In this document: positions 38,552 through 52,569 of the stretch, piece after piece
Layout: each line of letters opens with the position of its first letter
How positions within the stretch are numbered: position 1 is the stretch's first letter
NCBI GenBank assembly: GCA_026026165.1
Contig: JAPEUD010000009.1
Location: 434,001 to 498,000 of the forward strand
Direction: 5' to 3'
Origin: Sarea resinae
Taxonomy: Eukaryota
Length of the DNA: 64,000 nt
Translations under genes and position numbers: made by a program
Notes under the pieces: model-generated
Told to the model about the DNA's origin: nothing
Seen by the model: the letters and a program-made list of their open reading frames with translations, nothing else
Databases searched by the model: none

Positions 38552-39981
38552 CATATTCATCAGTCAAGAGCGAAACCAGGCTCAGTTAGGGTATGGAAAA
38601 GTGGTTTTCTTCGATCCAAAGTCGTCGTGACGAGGCTGGTACAGCAGACCGGCTTTAAAAGCTCCTTGATGAGCATTATGGGGGCGTTTTGTTCTTGGGT
38701 TCAACCCCAACCAGCCATTAGTAATGCCCTACGCTGAAAGACGAAGTAGAGGGTGCTTTATACGTGCGATCTGCATCTAGCTCAACTTCCAAAAAGTTAT
38801 ACAAGCAATATTGAACAAGGCGACGATTTTTGATAGAGATACTGTTGGAGAGGTGTGATCTGCTAACTGAGCCAAAACGGTAGCCACCCGTGCTCAGTGC
38901 AAGTTCGAGAGGCTACTTGATGCTAATCTTAACAGATACAACAAAATGGAATATGTATGACTATTATATATCAAGTTCTCTGTCGTGAAGCCGACACCGG
39001 CAAGAAGGCGAAGAAAGGCTCAGGCGGTGAGACCAGGAGTTCAAGTACAGAGTACGTACCTACTAGGTACTTCATAGCGCCGAAGTACTCCATGTGCGGA
39101 GGACCTTACCGCAATTTTCCATTCACGAGGTACTCCGTACCTTACTCGACAGATATCAATACAGTCCGGCGTAAGCTCTCCAAGGCACCTCGGCAGCGGC
39201 ATTAGAGCACTAAGGTACTCCGTAGAATGGATACATTAGGTAAGGTAGCTAGTACCAAGTGCATAGGGGGTGGGTGCGAAGTAATTCAATGGATGCCTTA
39301 GGTACTTCACGTCCCCAGCTCCAGCGGTTGGGTGATCGGGGCACTCGTAGACGTAGCTGGAGGTACTGTACGGAGTAGAGTAAGACGCGTGGTCCAGGTT
39401 GACCCCTTTTTGCGTACATGGTATTCCGTACCTGCACTAGGGCAGTAGGAACGTTCCTCGTTCCAGCCACAGGTCCCAGTTGCTTGCATTGTTCGCAACG
39501 ACGGAGCTTTTTGGTTCGCCTCGTTTGCTGCCTTTCATTCGCGAGTGTATTGGCGAGACTACGGCAATCCATTAGATCCCTTCATTGATCCAGCCACCTG
39601 CACCGTACTCCGGAGTACGCACTATTGGGAGCACGGGCAGGGCTCCAGCTAAATCTGAAGCATCCATACGAACAATACGTACCTCACCGTACCCTACCTA
39701 CTCTCCTCCGTACTACAAGCTAACCAACTCATACTTCATTTACTACGATCACCTCCAGCTGCCTTCATATATCTTCCCTCCTTATGGCCTATTCCGACTC
39801 AGGCTTGACTTCAGCGTACCTTTGATGCCTTCAGACCTCTTCTCGGATTCATTTCAGCGTCGGCGTTCTCTGTTGTTGGGACTTGGAGAATCTGAATCGC
39901 AGAGCTGGGCAGTCTACAGGCGCTTCGGCATAGCCCTTTAGCACACACATTCGCATCGATCAATCCTCCGGCCCGTGCATC

Positions 39982-42900
39982 ATGTCGCACAACTACGAAG
40001 TTGGAACTCGAGCGTGGCAGCCCGATCCCGTCGAGGGCTGGGTTGCCTCGGAGGTGGAGCAGAAGATGATTGAAGGGGACAAAGTCAAGTTGGTCTTTCA
40101 GCTTTCGAACGGAGAGGTACCAAGCAATGCTCCCACGTAGCTTGCCACGAGTCTGCATCTCTAACAAGAAACTTCTATATCAGTCTAAAACCATCGAGAC
40201 GACCGTTGCAGCTCTGCAGGATGGGAGTAATAATTCTCTGCCTCCTCTCATGAACCCGGCTATGCTCGAGGCCAGCGATGACCTGACGAATTTGTCTCAC
40301 CTGAATGAACCAGCCGGTAAGTTGCTACAAAGACATACATGAACCGCATCTGATGAGACCGTATAGTCCTACAAGCAATAAAACTTCGATACGCCCAGAA
40401 AGAGATATACACATACAGTGGCATCGTACTAATAGCAACGAATCCTTTCGCCCGCGTCGATTCTCTATACGTTCCTGGGATGGTGCAAGTGTATGCCGGC
40501 AAGCAGCGTGCATCACAAGCTCCTCATCTGTTTGCCATTGCTGAGGAAGCTTTCACGTCAGTACTGTCCCCACTTCCTCATACTTGTGCTAATGATCGCA
40601 GGGACATGCTCCGGGACAACAAAAATCAGACTATCGTGGTTTCTGGCGAATCTGGGGCTGGAAAGACTGTCAGTGCTAAATACATCATGAGATATTTTGC
40701 CACCCGAGAATCTCCAGAATCGCCTGGAAAGCGGAACAAAGGCAGGGCAGATGCCATGAGTGAAACGGAGGAACAGATTCTGGCAACCAATCCCATTATG
40801 GAAGCCTTCGGAAATGCAAAAACCACACGGAACGACAATTCTTCTCGATTCGGTAAATATATCGAGATCATGTTCGACAAACATACAGACATTATCGGTG
40901 CAAAGATTCGCACGTATCTCCTGGAGCGATCGAGGCTTGTATTCCAGCCTCTGAAAGAACGGAATTACCATATCTTCTACCAGCTAGTAGCGGGCGCAAC
41001 AGAGGAGGAGCGGGAGAAATGGGGCCTTGTCCCCGTAGAGCACTTTGACTACCTCAATCAAGGAGGATCTCCCGTCATTGATGGAGTCGACGACAAAGCG
41101 GAATTTGATGCCACAAGAGATTCGCTCACAACGATTGGCGTAAGCCCAGAAAAACAATCCGACATTTTCCGCATCCTGGCTTCTCTGCTTCATCTTGGCA
41201 ATGTCAAGATCAGTGCTTCGCGGACAGACTCGGTTCTTTCTCCTACGGAACCTGCCCTAGTCCGGGCATGCGAGATGTTGGGGGTAGATGCCAACGACTT
41301 CGCCAAGTGGACCATCAAGAAACAATTGATTACTAGGGGTGAGAAGATCATGTCCAATCTAACCCAGCAGCAAGCTATTGTGGTTCGTGATTCCGTTGCG
41401 AAATTCATCTATTCCAGCTTGTTTGACTGGCTCGTCGCAAATATCAACCATAGTCTCGCAACCGAGGATGTTCTTAGCCGGGTACATTCCTTCATCGGAG
41501 TCCTAGATATCTATGGATTCGAGCATTTCGCGAAGAACTCGTTCGAGCAATTCTGCATCAATTATGCCAATGAGAAGCTTCAACAAGAATTCAATCAGCA
41601 CGTCTTCAAGTTGGAGCAAGAGGAATATTTGAGGGAGCAGATCGACTGGACGTTCATCGACTTTTCGGACAATCAGCCTTGTATCGATCTCATTGAAGGT
41701 AAACTTGGAGTCCTGGCCCTTCTAGACGAAGAGTCTCGGTTGCCGATGGGCTCTGACGAGCAATTCGTTACGAAATTGCATCACAATTTTGCTGGAGATA
41801 AACAGAAGTTTTACAAGAAGCCTCGGTTTGGAAAATCAGCCTTCACTGTCTGTCATTACGCTATCGACGTTACCTACGAATCGGACGGTTTCATTGACAA
41901 GAATCGTGACACCGTACCTGACGAGCATATGGCCGTGCTTAGGGCTTCATCTAACAAGTTCCTTGCCGAAGTCTTGGAAGCTGCTTCTGCTGTCAGGGAA
42001 AAAGAATCAGCTGGCGTTGGGGCCAGCCGTGCTATGGCCGCCCCAGGACGCAAAATTGGTGTTGCAGTGAACAGGAAGCCGACATTGGGAGGCATTTTCA
42101 AATCATCCTTGATAGAGCTGATGAGCACGATACACTCTACCGACGTACACTACATCCGCTGTATTAAGCCCAATGAAGGAAAGGAAGCCTGGAAATTCGA
42201 GGGGCCTATGGTTTTGAGCCAGCTTAGAGCATGTGGCGTCCTCGAGACTGTTCGGATAAGCTGCGCAGGTTATCCCACGCGATGGACTTATGAAGAGTTC
42301 GCGTTGCGGTACTATATGCTCGTGCCATCAACTTCATGGACATCGGATATTAGAGAGATGGCGAATGTCATCTTGAAGAAGGCACTTGGTACGGGCACCG
42401 ACAGGGGCCTCGATAAATATCAGCTTGGTCTCACTAAGATCTTCTTCCGGGCCGGAATGCTTGCTTTCTTGGAAAACCTCCGAACATCACGGCTTAATGC
42501 TTCGGCCATCATGATCCAGAAAAACCTGCGTTGCCAATACTATCGGCGCCGGTATCTGGAGGCGCGGCAATCGATACTTACATTCCAAGCCCTAACAAGA
42601 GCCTATCTCGCACGACAGCGTGCCGAAGAGTCCAGGCGCGTAAAAGCAGCTACAACGATACAAAGAGTCTGGCGGGGACAGAAGGAGTTAAAAAAGTTCC
42701 AACAAATTCGAAACAATGTCATTGTCCTCCAAGCTGCGGCCAAGGGCTATCTATGCCGAAGAAATATTCTAGATACGAGATTGGGAAATGCTGCGAGAAT
42801 CATCCAAAGAAACTGGAGATCGCGGCTGCAGATGAGATCTTGGAGACAATATCGGCGTAAAATCGTCATCATCCAGAGTTTGTGGAGAGGTAAAGCTGCT

Positions 42901-45048
42901 CGACGAGGTTACAAGACACTACGAGAGGAAGCTCGCGACCTGAAACAAATCTCGTACAAACTCGAGAACAAAGTTGTCGAGCTCACTCAGTCTCTGGGTA
43001 CCACGAGACGCGAGAACAAAACGCTTGTGGGGCAGGTTGAGAATTATGAGAACCAGTTGAAGTCATGGAAAAATCGGCACAATGCACTTGAAAACCGGAC
43101 GAAGGAGCTTCAAGCGGAAGCCAACCAGGCCGGTATTGCGGCAGCACGCTTGTCTGCAATGGAAGACGATATGAAGCGACTTCAACAGAGCTATGAGGAG
43201 TCGTCCGCGAACATGAAACGGCTGCAGGAAGAGGAGAAGACTCTCAGAGAGTCGTTGAGAGTAACGAGTCTCGAGCTGGACCAAGCGAGAGAGGCTGGAG
43301 CTGATCATGAAAGCGAAAAGTTGTCTTTACGACAGCAGCTTGCTGAACTGCAAGATCAACTCGAGATCGCCAAGAAGGCCGCGCCAGTGAATGGTGAATT
43401 GCAGAACGGCAATAACGCTCAAGCTCCGGTCAATGGCCTCATCAATCTAGTCTCATCGAAGAAGCCAAAGCGACGGAGCGCTGGCGCTGAGCGAAGTGAT
43501 ATGGACAGATTCAGTGGAGCGTACAACCCACGACCGGTTTCCATGGCAGTTACTGGTCACAGTGTGCATCGGCCGAATCTTTCTGGGTCAACGTTCACTC
43601 CCACTCTAGACACCGTCGAGATAGAGCTTGAGAACCTTTTGTCCGACGAGGATGGCTTGAATGACGAGGTCACCATGGGACTGATAAGAAATTTGAAGAT
43701 CCCTGCCCCAGGGACTACTCCACCTCCCACCGACAAGGAAGTCCTCTTCCCTGCATACCTTATTAATCTAGTCACCTCAGAGATGTGGAACAACGGTTTC
43801 GTCAAAGAATCCGAGAGATTCCTGGCCAATGTCATGCAGTCGATCCAACAAGAAGTCATGCAGCATGACGGTGAGGAGGCCATAAACCCTGGAGCCTTCT
43901 GGCTTTCCAATGTGCACGAAATGCTCTCTTTTGTCTTCCTGGCTGAGGATTGGTACGAAGCTCAAAAGACCGATAATTACGAATACGAACGCCTCCTTGA
44001 GATTGTAAAGCATGATCTCGAAAGCTTAGAATTTAACATCTATCACACATGGATGAAAGTTCTGAAGAAAAAGCTCCAAAAAATGATCGTTCCTGCGATC
44101 ATCGAGTCTCAATCCCTACCTGGTTTCGTCACCAACGAGAGCAATAGGTTTCTGGGCAAGCTGCTGCAATCTAGCAACACACCGGCATTCAGCATGGACA
44201 ATCTATTGAGCTTGCTCAACAACGTCTTCAAAGCGATGAAAGCGTATTATCTGGAGGACACAATCATTACACAGACAGTTACCGAACTATTACGCCTGGT
44301 CGGAGTTACCGCTTTCAATGACCTGTTAATGCGACGGAATTTCCTTTCGTGGAAGCGTGGTCTCCAGATCAACTACAACATCACTCGAATCGAAGAATGG
44401 TGCAAGAGCCATGACATGCCGGAGGGAACCCTGCAACTTGAGCATCTGATGGTACGTGGCTCTGACAATGGGCTATAGTTTGCTATTTACTAACAGGACC
44501 ACAGCAAGCAACGAAACTTCTTCAGCTGAAGAAAGCGACTCTTAATGACATCGAGATCATTCAGGATATTTGTTGGATGTAAGTCACGGCTTCTCCAGAA
44601 CATAATTGACGCATTCACTAAAGCAGAAGAACAGGCTGTCTCCTAACCAAATCCAGAAGCTGCTGAATCAGTACCTCGTGGCCGACTATGAACAGCCCAT
44701 AAACGGCGAGATAATGAAAGCCGTTGCCTCGCGGGTTACAGAAAAGAGCGATGTCCTCTTGCTCACTGCAGTGGACATGGAAGACAGCGGCCCCTATGAG
44801 ATTGCGGAGCCTCGAGTCATCACAGCTTTAGAGACATATACTCCTTCCTGTGAGTGCTTCCCATCCTCAAGTTTTGAATCATCATCACTAATATTCGAGA
44901 AGGGCTTCAGACCCCTCGATTGAAGCGGTTAGCGGAAATCGTCTCTGCACAAGCAATGGCGCAACAGGACAAGCTTGAATTTGATGCACCAATGAATGGT
45001 GTTGAAGATGGCCAAGGTTTAGCAATCAGCGACGTTGACGGCATTTGA
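39982..45048 (+). CDS. MYO2: Class V myosin (Myo2/MyoE)
   Basis: MSHNYEVGTRAW.., GESGAGKT P-loop, NDNSSRFGK, DIYGFE, IQ repeats, coiled coil, dilute (DIL) domain. Six introns. TGA at 45046-45048. Confidence 0.97.
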
Positions 45049-45863
45049 ATTGGTCTGCTGAAGTAGCCATGTCATTCCTCTCGATCCACTTTGTACGATT
45101 TTTTTTCCTCGTCGATTCTTTGACGCTGATTTTGCACGGGGTCTTGCCATCTTAGGCTATGGATATGGTTCGGTCGTCGCATCGATCTACCAGCCTTGGC
45201 ACGCCTCGGCGTTTCTTGTTCATTTTTTGTGGTGGCGGCTTTCTCGCCTGCAGTGTACTGCTGTTGTTTACATTCTCGTTACTTGAATGCCTGTGTGGAA
45301 TTACCTTGTTCTTCACATGGGCTTTTTTGGTTGCTTTCGACCGTCCTCTGAACGAGGACGACAGGCGTTTGATGTCCGGAGAAGTTCTTTGGGCACGCGT
45401 TAGATTTTGGGCTTCTCTCTAGGGCTCACTGATGGTGATGACGGAGCAATCTCACATAAATGCATAGTGAGATGGATATCAACGAACGATACGGCAGTGA
45501 TGATTTGAAAGACTCCACCAGAGTCATCGAAGTGCTTCATAATGCATCGGAAAGTTGACTCGCTACCACAGACAATATCGTAGGTCTCCATCGCGTTGAC
45601 GGTAGGCAATGTAATCTGATAAGATCTCTTCCGGGGTGTGGATCCAAACTCCCCTGCAATGATATTATGTACGAGGTACTTCGCACAGGGTATCTGAAGT
45701 ACATCCCGTGCGCAGATCACAGTGCTGCTCGTAAATTGTTCGGCGCGACAAAATATTCGGTGATGCAAGCGGCCTTCCGATTATCCAGGTCCAGAGTCCG
45801 CTCTTTTTTTAATCAACACACCACCAGATCCTTCGCCGACGAACTGACTACTCGATTAGCGAA

Positions 45864-46511
45864 ATGATGAGGAAGGATCCCACAATCATAATCACAGGGA
45901 CACCCGGAGTTGGGAAGACCAGCCATTGTGAGCTGCTGGCGCAAAATACAGGACTGAAGCATCTGTCGATAAATCAAATAGTGAAGGAACGTGGATGCCA
46001 TGAGGGTTGGGATGATGACTTCAAGAGCTGGTTGGTAGATGAGGACAAGGTGTGTGTTTCTGTACTAGCATAGCGCTTGATGCGCGAAAAGGCTGACTTT
46101 GTGGAGTTATTGGATTCCATCGAGGACGAAGTAAAGCAAGGTGGCTATATCATTGACTGGCACGCCTGCGATCTATTCCCGAAGAGCTGGATCGATCTTG
46201 TCGTGGTCTTGCGAACTGATTCGACTCTACTTTATGATCGGCTTGCCGCCCGGTCGGTGCTCCACCGTCGACGCCCTCGATACTTGCTGTTGCTGACTCC
46301 TTTCCATAGGGATTACCCCGAGAAGAAGCTCCAGGAGAACCTGGATGCCGAGATTATGGAAGTTCTACTGGAGGAAGCGCGAGATTCTTACGATCAGGAG
46401 ATCATCGTCCAATTGACGAGCAACAACGCCGAAGATATTGAGAGCAATGTTGACCGCATAGAGTCTTGGATTAAACACTGGAAGGAGAACAATGCGACTA
46501 ATGCTACATGA
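45864..46511 (+). CDS. FAP7: Adenylate kinase 6 / Fap7
   Basis: IIITGTPGVGKT, IIDWH, FPKSWIDLVVVLR, YPEKKLQENLDAEIM. Introns 46050-46106 and 46253-46309. Confidence 0.92.
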
Positions 46512-46556
46512 TTGCCATATCGTCTTCGGCCACTGAGATTTTGCATTGTGAGGTTT

Positions 46557-47367
46557 CTAGACTTGACCTGCCAGCCACGCCTTGAGTTTCTCCAAGGCCT
46601 TGAAACGGTGTGAGATTTGGTTCTTTTTGGCTTTGTCCATCTCAGCGTACGTGTTGCCATCGTACTCGAAAATTGCATCCCATCCTGCAATCACTCAGTG
46701 GCCCGGCCATTTATCGGTGTGATCGACTTACCGAAATCAGCAGGCCCTCGTGCGGGAACGATTTTGCCCTTTTCGAATTGTCAGTGCTCAAGTCTCCATG
46801 ATCGCAGAGAATGGCCCGGGACATACATCAGTTCTTCCTTGAAAGATGACGGGTTCTTGTCCTGGACCATCGCTGTAGGCGAAAGTACACACTGCCTGGG
46901 CAGATTTATCGTCATATGCAAGCAAGAGGTTGTTCAGACCTTCATGCCCAAGCTTCTGGAGGAACCATTTCCTGGTAGCAGCATATAATGATTCAGGTCG
47001 ATTGAATCCCGACAACGTAGTTCTACATAACGGAGCACTTACACGTAAGGCCCAGGCAATTCCTGCAGTGCATTGAAGCACAAACAGGTGTCTTCTACCA
47101 GGACAGGCCCTTGGATCTATACGTATCAGTCAAATATGCATTGATCGCCAGGCCAATGTAGAGGCTCTGGTGCGAATACGGCGTCTAATATCATACAATC
47201 TGCGCAGCAGTGCGGCACTTGTGAGCCGAGATCTCCTCGATTGTGCCTTGAATCTCGACCAGATCTAGAGATTCGCTTCGAAGGTCAACGGTGTCTCCGA
47301 GGATCGCCTTGACTTCGGCAAGCTTGTTCTTGTTGCCCGTGATGAAATTGAGCTGTTTGGGTGCCAT
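46557..47367 (-). CDS. HAM1: Inosine triphosphate pyrophosphatase
   Basis: [58 protein letters not shown] at 46557-46559. Confidence 0.95.
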
Positions 47368-47903
47368 GGCGGATTTTGGGGTAATTTTAGAGAGTGCGTG
47401 CGGGTGGCAGCGAGTTTTGAATAATAAAAGACTCGAACTTTAATCTATGCGTTGCAGCGGTCCATGGCTAATAAATACGGGTCTTACCCATAAGGTCCGA
47501 CGGGCCCTTCTCGCCTACCGATCTTTATTGGTATGTTATTAACGCCTGGCGATTGGCGATTGGCGTTTGGCGTTTAATACAGACATGAGCCTCTCTCGAC
47601 CCGCACCCGAGGACTGCGCCTTCCCTCAGTCTCGAAGATTTCAGGTGTCTCTCCAGGGTGCGTCGTATACTTTGTCAAGTCCTCTGTTAAGCAGTCTCCT
47701 ATTGAATGGAAGTATCGCGCCGTCTCTATGCAGACTAGGCTGTATATTGCATATGTGAATCGAAATCCTTGATCCAGTCACTTGCAGCGCCATCAAAAGT
47801 CCCCTTCATATTCTTGTATCAGGGTCCATCACATCTAAGGCTATCACTCACGGATCTGTTCTGTCGACTACAGAGTCAGACGCGTCCTGATAGCTAGGTG
47901 GTC

Positions 47904-49792
47904 ATGCCTTCCTTCAATGCCATGGCAACTGATGACCCCTTTGAAGACCCTGTTCGGACTACTCATGCCTCCAACCAGATCTTGGATTTTCTTTCGTCTC
48001 ATTCGCATTCGATCGTTGGCTTCGCCTTTACTGTCATCGTTGTTCTGTGTACTACAAGATTGATGACTGGCCTCTCTCTGGGCCACGAAAACGATCGCCA
48101 TAGCGTCACCAAGAGGATCTACACGCATCCGTACTGGATTCCATACTTTGGACACCTTTTACCATACGCGATATACCCAATCAAGCTAATGTTAGATGCT
48201 AGGTATGCTTCTCCATCTCAACCATAGCATTCAGTATTTAATTGCGCTGAATCCATGTCTTAGAGATAAATGCGCAGACGGGACCTTTTCGTTGAATTTA
48301 CGGGGTCACCCATATATTGTTCTATTTGACCAAACTCTGATTGACCAGCTTCTGGAGCAACCGCCTTCCGTCTTCGATTTCGAGTTCCAGACAATTTTGA
48401 CTCTCGAACGCGTTTTTGGCGCGCCCAAAAGCAATCGAGGTCGAGAGACTCAATTGCTCCACGATTTTCATATATCGACTGCGAATAGCTCGACTCATGA
48501 TGGAGGACGGCGCAGGAATGCAGTTGCGCTGGTCAGCTCAATACGGGAGCATCTGCCACATCTAGTGACCTTCTCTTCGAGCCTCGTGGATCAGAATATA
48601 TGGGAGAGATTGAGCAATGTTTCTTTGCTCGAAGGTACCTCAGGAGCTCATGATGTTGCACAAGCAAATGTTTTCTCTCTTCTTCGTAACTTCGTGGGTT
48701 ACTTGTCTGTCAGATCACTAATGGGCTCAACCTTTGTTGAGAACTATCCCGCCGTGCTTGAGGACATCTGGGATCTTGATGCTGGCTTCAGATGGTTGAA
48801 CGCTGGGTTACCCAGATGGATACCTGTAGGGTCACGCACGAGAGCCCATGTGGCCCGAAGCAGACTCAATCGGGCCCTGGCCGCTTTTCACCGGGCTATG
48901 GACCTAGTCAGCGAGGGTGGTGACCCCGGAGCAGCGTGGGGAGATATGGGTGATGTCAGTGAACTCATCGCCCAGAGAAATCGCATCTGGAGAGGGCATG
49001 GAATTGTTCCTGAGCGAAGGTCGCCTGAGGACTTAGCTTTGCTTTGGGGGTAAGTCTTCGATTCATGGGCGTTGACCCTTGTGACTAAGATATCATTTCA
49101 GCATAGTTGCCACCGTCAGCCAAATTACCCCCTGGATACTCATCCGTATCATTTCCTTGCCAGACATACTAAAAGAAGTCCGTGATGAAATTCGCCCCTA
49201 CGCTCAAGGCGTGCAACCAGAGCAGATCTTCGGTATTCCCGAGCCACCAAGACTCCAGATCTTGTCCGAGGGGATTTCTGATTCGTGTCCGCTGTTAAGG
49301 GCTTGCTTTCTTGAAACCCTTCGTATGGATGCGGCGCCGTTTTCCGTAGGCCGCGTGAAGAAGAGTTTTAGTATGAAAGAGGATCCCAACATCAGTATCA
49401 GCCCATCTAAGTCGTATGTACTGCAAACCGGTTCCTATGTCGAAGTCTCTCACTACCTGTATCAGACCGATGCTCGGCCGTTTCCTAATCCGGAGAAGTT
49501 TGACCCTCAGCGTACCCTGGAATCAAGCGGAACGCAACCTGGGACATGGAAGTTTACATCGTGTCAATCCTTTGATCGCTTGCTGGCTTCAGGGAGTGAT
49601 CATAGTGCATTGAGCCAGGGAAGTTTTGTAGAAACGGGGTGTCTCCTTTTCGTGGCAGCGATCCTTTCGTTGTGGGAATTCGAGGCGGTCGATCCCCTCG
49701 GGTGGCAGATCCCTGACCATCGGACAGCAGGCATTATATTTCTACCCACAAGGGATGTGGAAGCAAGAATCAAATGCCGCAAATTGGAGTAG
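47904..49792 (+). CDS. Cytochrome P450-like protein (CYP7-like clan) lacking the canonical heme Cys motif
   Basis: N-terminal TM anchor, PYWIPYFGH, I-helix ALLWGIVATVSQITPW, ETLR (ExxR), FPNPEKFDPQR meander. Introns 48203-48263 and 49050-49101. No FxxGxxxCxG. Confidence 0.85.
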
Positions 49793-50224
49793 ATTTTCAA
49801 GGCGGTTACAATGCCCAAAACATTGAGGGAGACGATGAGAGCTATGGAGTTCAGACCCAATAAAACGACCTTTGGTGTATGAAAGCTCGATCGAAAGTCA
49901 CAAGTACACGACCTTTAGCGATATGTTGCATATTCTTGTTTCAAAATGCAATCGAAGATGGACACCGAGTAGTTATTCGTGAATAGATCCTCCCTTTCGC
50001 AGTTGACCCTCAATCCCCCTATGTTGGCGTGAGTCAGTCAATTCACACTGTAGAGGGGCCGGGAGGAGTAGGCAGGTAAACTGTACGAAGTTCTTTGTAC
50101 CTACGTACCCAACCTCTATCTGCAGCCCAAGGTATCTCAATCTACACCCCACCTCAAAAACTCAAAGGAGCCAAACAACATCCGGCCGCGCTGGCATCCG
50201 TACTTTGCCCATCATCTTGAAAGT

Positions 50225-52000
<1,776 letters not shown>

Positions 52001-52569
52001 GAGCACAACCGTTCGACATAGTTGCTCTGGTATCTTCCTGAAGGGTTCGATTGAGTGAGCGCCATCCATAGTCGACGACTACTTGCCTCGCGTGCTCTCC
52101 GGGGAGAAATCGTTGCTTGTTGACCATGTCACGGATTTCTATTCAAATCTCGATTCCTCGTATTGTGGAATCGTTGCAGTAGAGTCTTTCAGTTCGAGGT
52201 TGCTTCTGTGATGTCACGAATGTTCTTTGAATTCACGATCAGATGGATAATTCAATGATGTGATGCACCAACGACGTGTTGGGGGGTTTGATAAATCCAT
52301 TTGGTTGATATGTACCTACTCTCGTACATTGTAGATTGCCATTGAGCAAACGGCTTCGAAATTGGAACACGCACGAATAGACAAACCACTTAGAATTGGA
52401 CACATCATTCTGCCTCAATTGATGCTCCATACTGCGAGGTGCGAGGCGATAGAAAGCGCCTCGTGATCTGCAGCATAAATATCCTCCGGACTGATGCGTT
52501 GAGTTGTAACTTGATCCTGGATATTCGCGACTTCATACATTCCGGTGTTGTAACAGCAGAGTCCCCTAG

